64,000 bases of DNA from positions 188,668,001 to 188,732,000 of the forward strand of contig NC_058368.1 of NCBI RefSeq assembly GCF_018350175.1, written 5' to 3'. The DNA is from Felis catus. Lineage: Eukaryota. The notes below the pieces were generated by a model. That model was given only the letters and a program-made list of their open reading frames with translations, was not told the origin of the DNA and searched no databases. The stretch's first letter is position 1; each line of letters starts with the position of its first letter. The position numbers were made by a program, and so were the translations under genes. Positions 62,780 to 64,000 of this stretch are shown piece by piece.

Positions 62780-63011
62780 ATTTATTTATTTAAAAAAAAT
62801 TTTTTTTTCAACGTTTATTTATTTTTGGGACAGAGAGAGACTGAGCATGAACGGGGGAGGGGCAGAGAGAGAGGGAGACACAGAATCGGAAACAGGCTCC
62901 AGGCTCTGAGCCATCAGCCCAGAGCCTGACGCGGGGCTTGAACTCACGGACCGCGAGATCATGACCTGGCTGAAGTCGGACGCTTAGTCGACTGCGCCAC
63001 CCAGGCGCCCC
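62780..63011 (-). mobile_element. Young feliform CAN-SINE (SINEC_Fc-like), full length
   Basis: Minus strand starts GGGGCGCCTGGGTGGCGCAGTCG (tRNA-derived head, A/B boxes), followed by a (CT)n region, AATAAA and an A-rich tail. Many CpGs intact. Confidence 0.93.
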
Positions 63012-64000
63012 TATTTTTTAAACATAACAAGCATATTCCCTTAAAGCCAGTGTATTGATCCCTTTGGCAGTGATGTAAAAGATTTATGCTTCATTAAAAA
63101 CTTATTCCTCTGGGAATCTATACCTTCTGCTCGCATAGGTATGTATATTGCAGAGAGCGTTAAAAAGTTAACATTTGCCTCCGCATGTGCAGTGTTTGCT
63201 GTGTTTTCACGGCAGCGATGAGGGATGCTGTATAATTTCAGAAGTACTATTAGCTTTTTAAAGCATTGAGGATTGGTCATGTTCAGTTTAAATGACCGTA
63301 GAAATGTGTGAGAATGGGTACCACATCGTGGTAGTGAACTTGTAGATTATAACTCTGCCAGGGATTCGCCTCTGTATTTCCCTTTGAAAAAGATGACTGT
63401 TCCTCTGTAGATATGTAGCACAGAATCTGTTTCTAAACAGCTCCAATAAAATCTGTTTATTGGTGTCTCTTGTCTACATACAACCACCTGTCTAAAAGCA
63501 TAAATTCACATGTATAGAGCGGTCTATTCTCCCCTGCATAAGTATATGTCACCCCCATCGGCATCAATGAAAGCTGTGTGCTTACCAGCAGGAGAATAGA
63601 TTCATATGCTGTGAAAAGGTATGGAATTCTGATTTATGGTCTGTGTTGCTTTTAATGGATATACCTGCAACAGCCATAGAGCTAAAAAACTGTAAGGTGT
63701 TAAAATAAAACATTTTACAGTGCAATATATTGCCTGCTTGTTAGTTAAAAGCACTACCAGGGAGCACATTTTAGCTAAATTTGGTGGTATTAAAAATACA
63801 TGTGGAGTATCCTTGCTTTCTCTTCTGCACTCTTGTGCTCTCTATTTCTCTAAGCATGATTCCCTGCTCAAGGACTTGCTGCCTGTGACCTCTAGGGCAC
63901 TGAGGGTGGACATTCTGCGTCGCTTGAGACAAAACGAAAATGAGAGATTAAAGCAATTCTGAAAGATTTCAAGATAGGCTGCTGCCAACTCACCTTCAGA

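Larger units (their letters stand above)
30598..64000 (+). other. EBF1: 5' part of EBF1 intron 6 (continues beyond the window)
   Basis: I did not find the expected exon 7 sequence (..FFLKFFLKCNQNC..) downstream. A very large intron at this position is a known feature of vertebrate EBF genes. Confidence 0.88.

Noticed and set aside
62576..62929. ORF ending FFFNVYLFLGQRETEHERGRGRE...
   Set aside because: Reading of a microsatellite plus antisense CAN-SINE, a common annotation artefact.

Overview
Mammalian genomic DNA, most likely a felid/feliform carnivore judging from CAN-SINE sequences. It holds the 5' end of EBF1 (early B-cell factor 1, COE family) on the + strand. The window covers upstream CpG-rich promoter regions, coding exons 1-6 (6423-6556, 8648-8804, 9343-9406, 10032-10087, 20666-20739, 30529-30597) and the first ~33 kb of the very long intron 6. 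The six exons total 554 nt (codons 1-185), all have GT-AG boundaries, join in frame and include the H157/C161/C164/C170 zinc knuckle. The rest is intronic: microsatellites, CAN-SINEs, MIR/L2/L1/MaLR/hAT relics, candidate enhancers and an intronic CpG island at ~52 kb. I found no foreign or prokaryote-type system, and the other long ORFs look spurious. The best leads are regulatory: an in-frame skippable zinc-knuckle exon, an early intronic stop/poly(A) option, a two-start/alternative-promoter architecture, a poly(A)/poly(U) 5' leader, EBF self-binding palindromes, and a poly(A)-only insertion that duplicated a YY1 motif. Repeat family names and boundaries were read by eye and are approximate.
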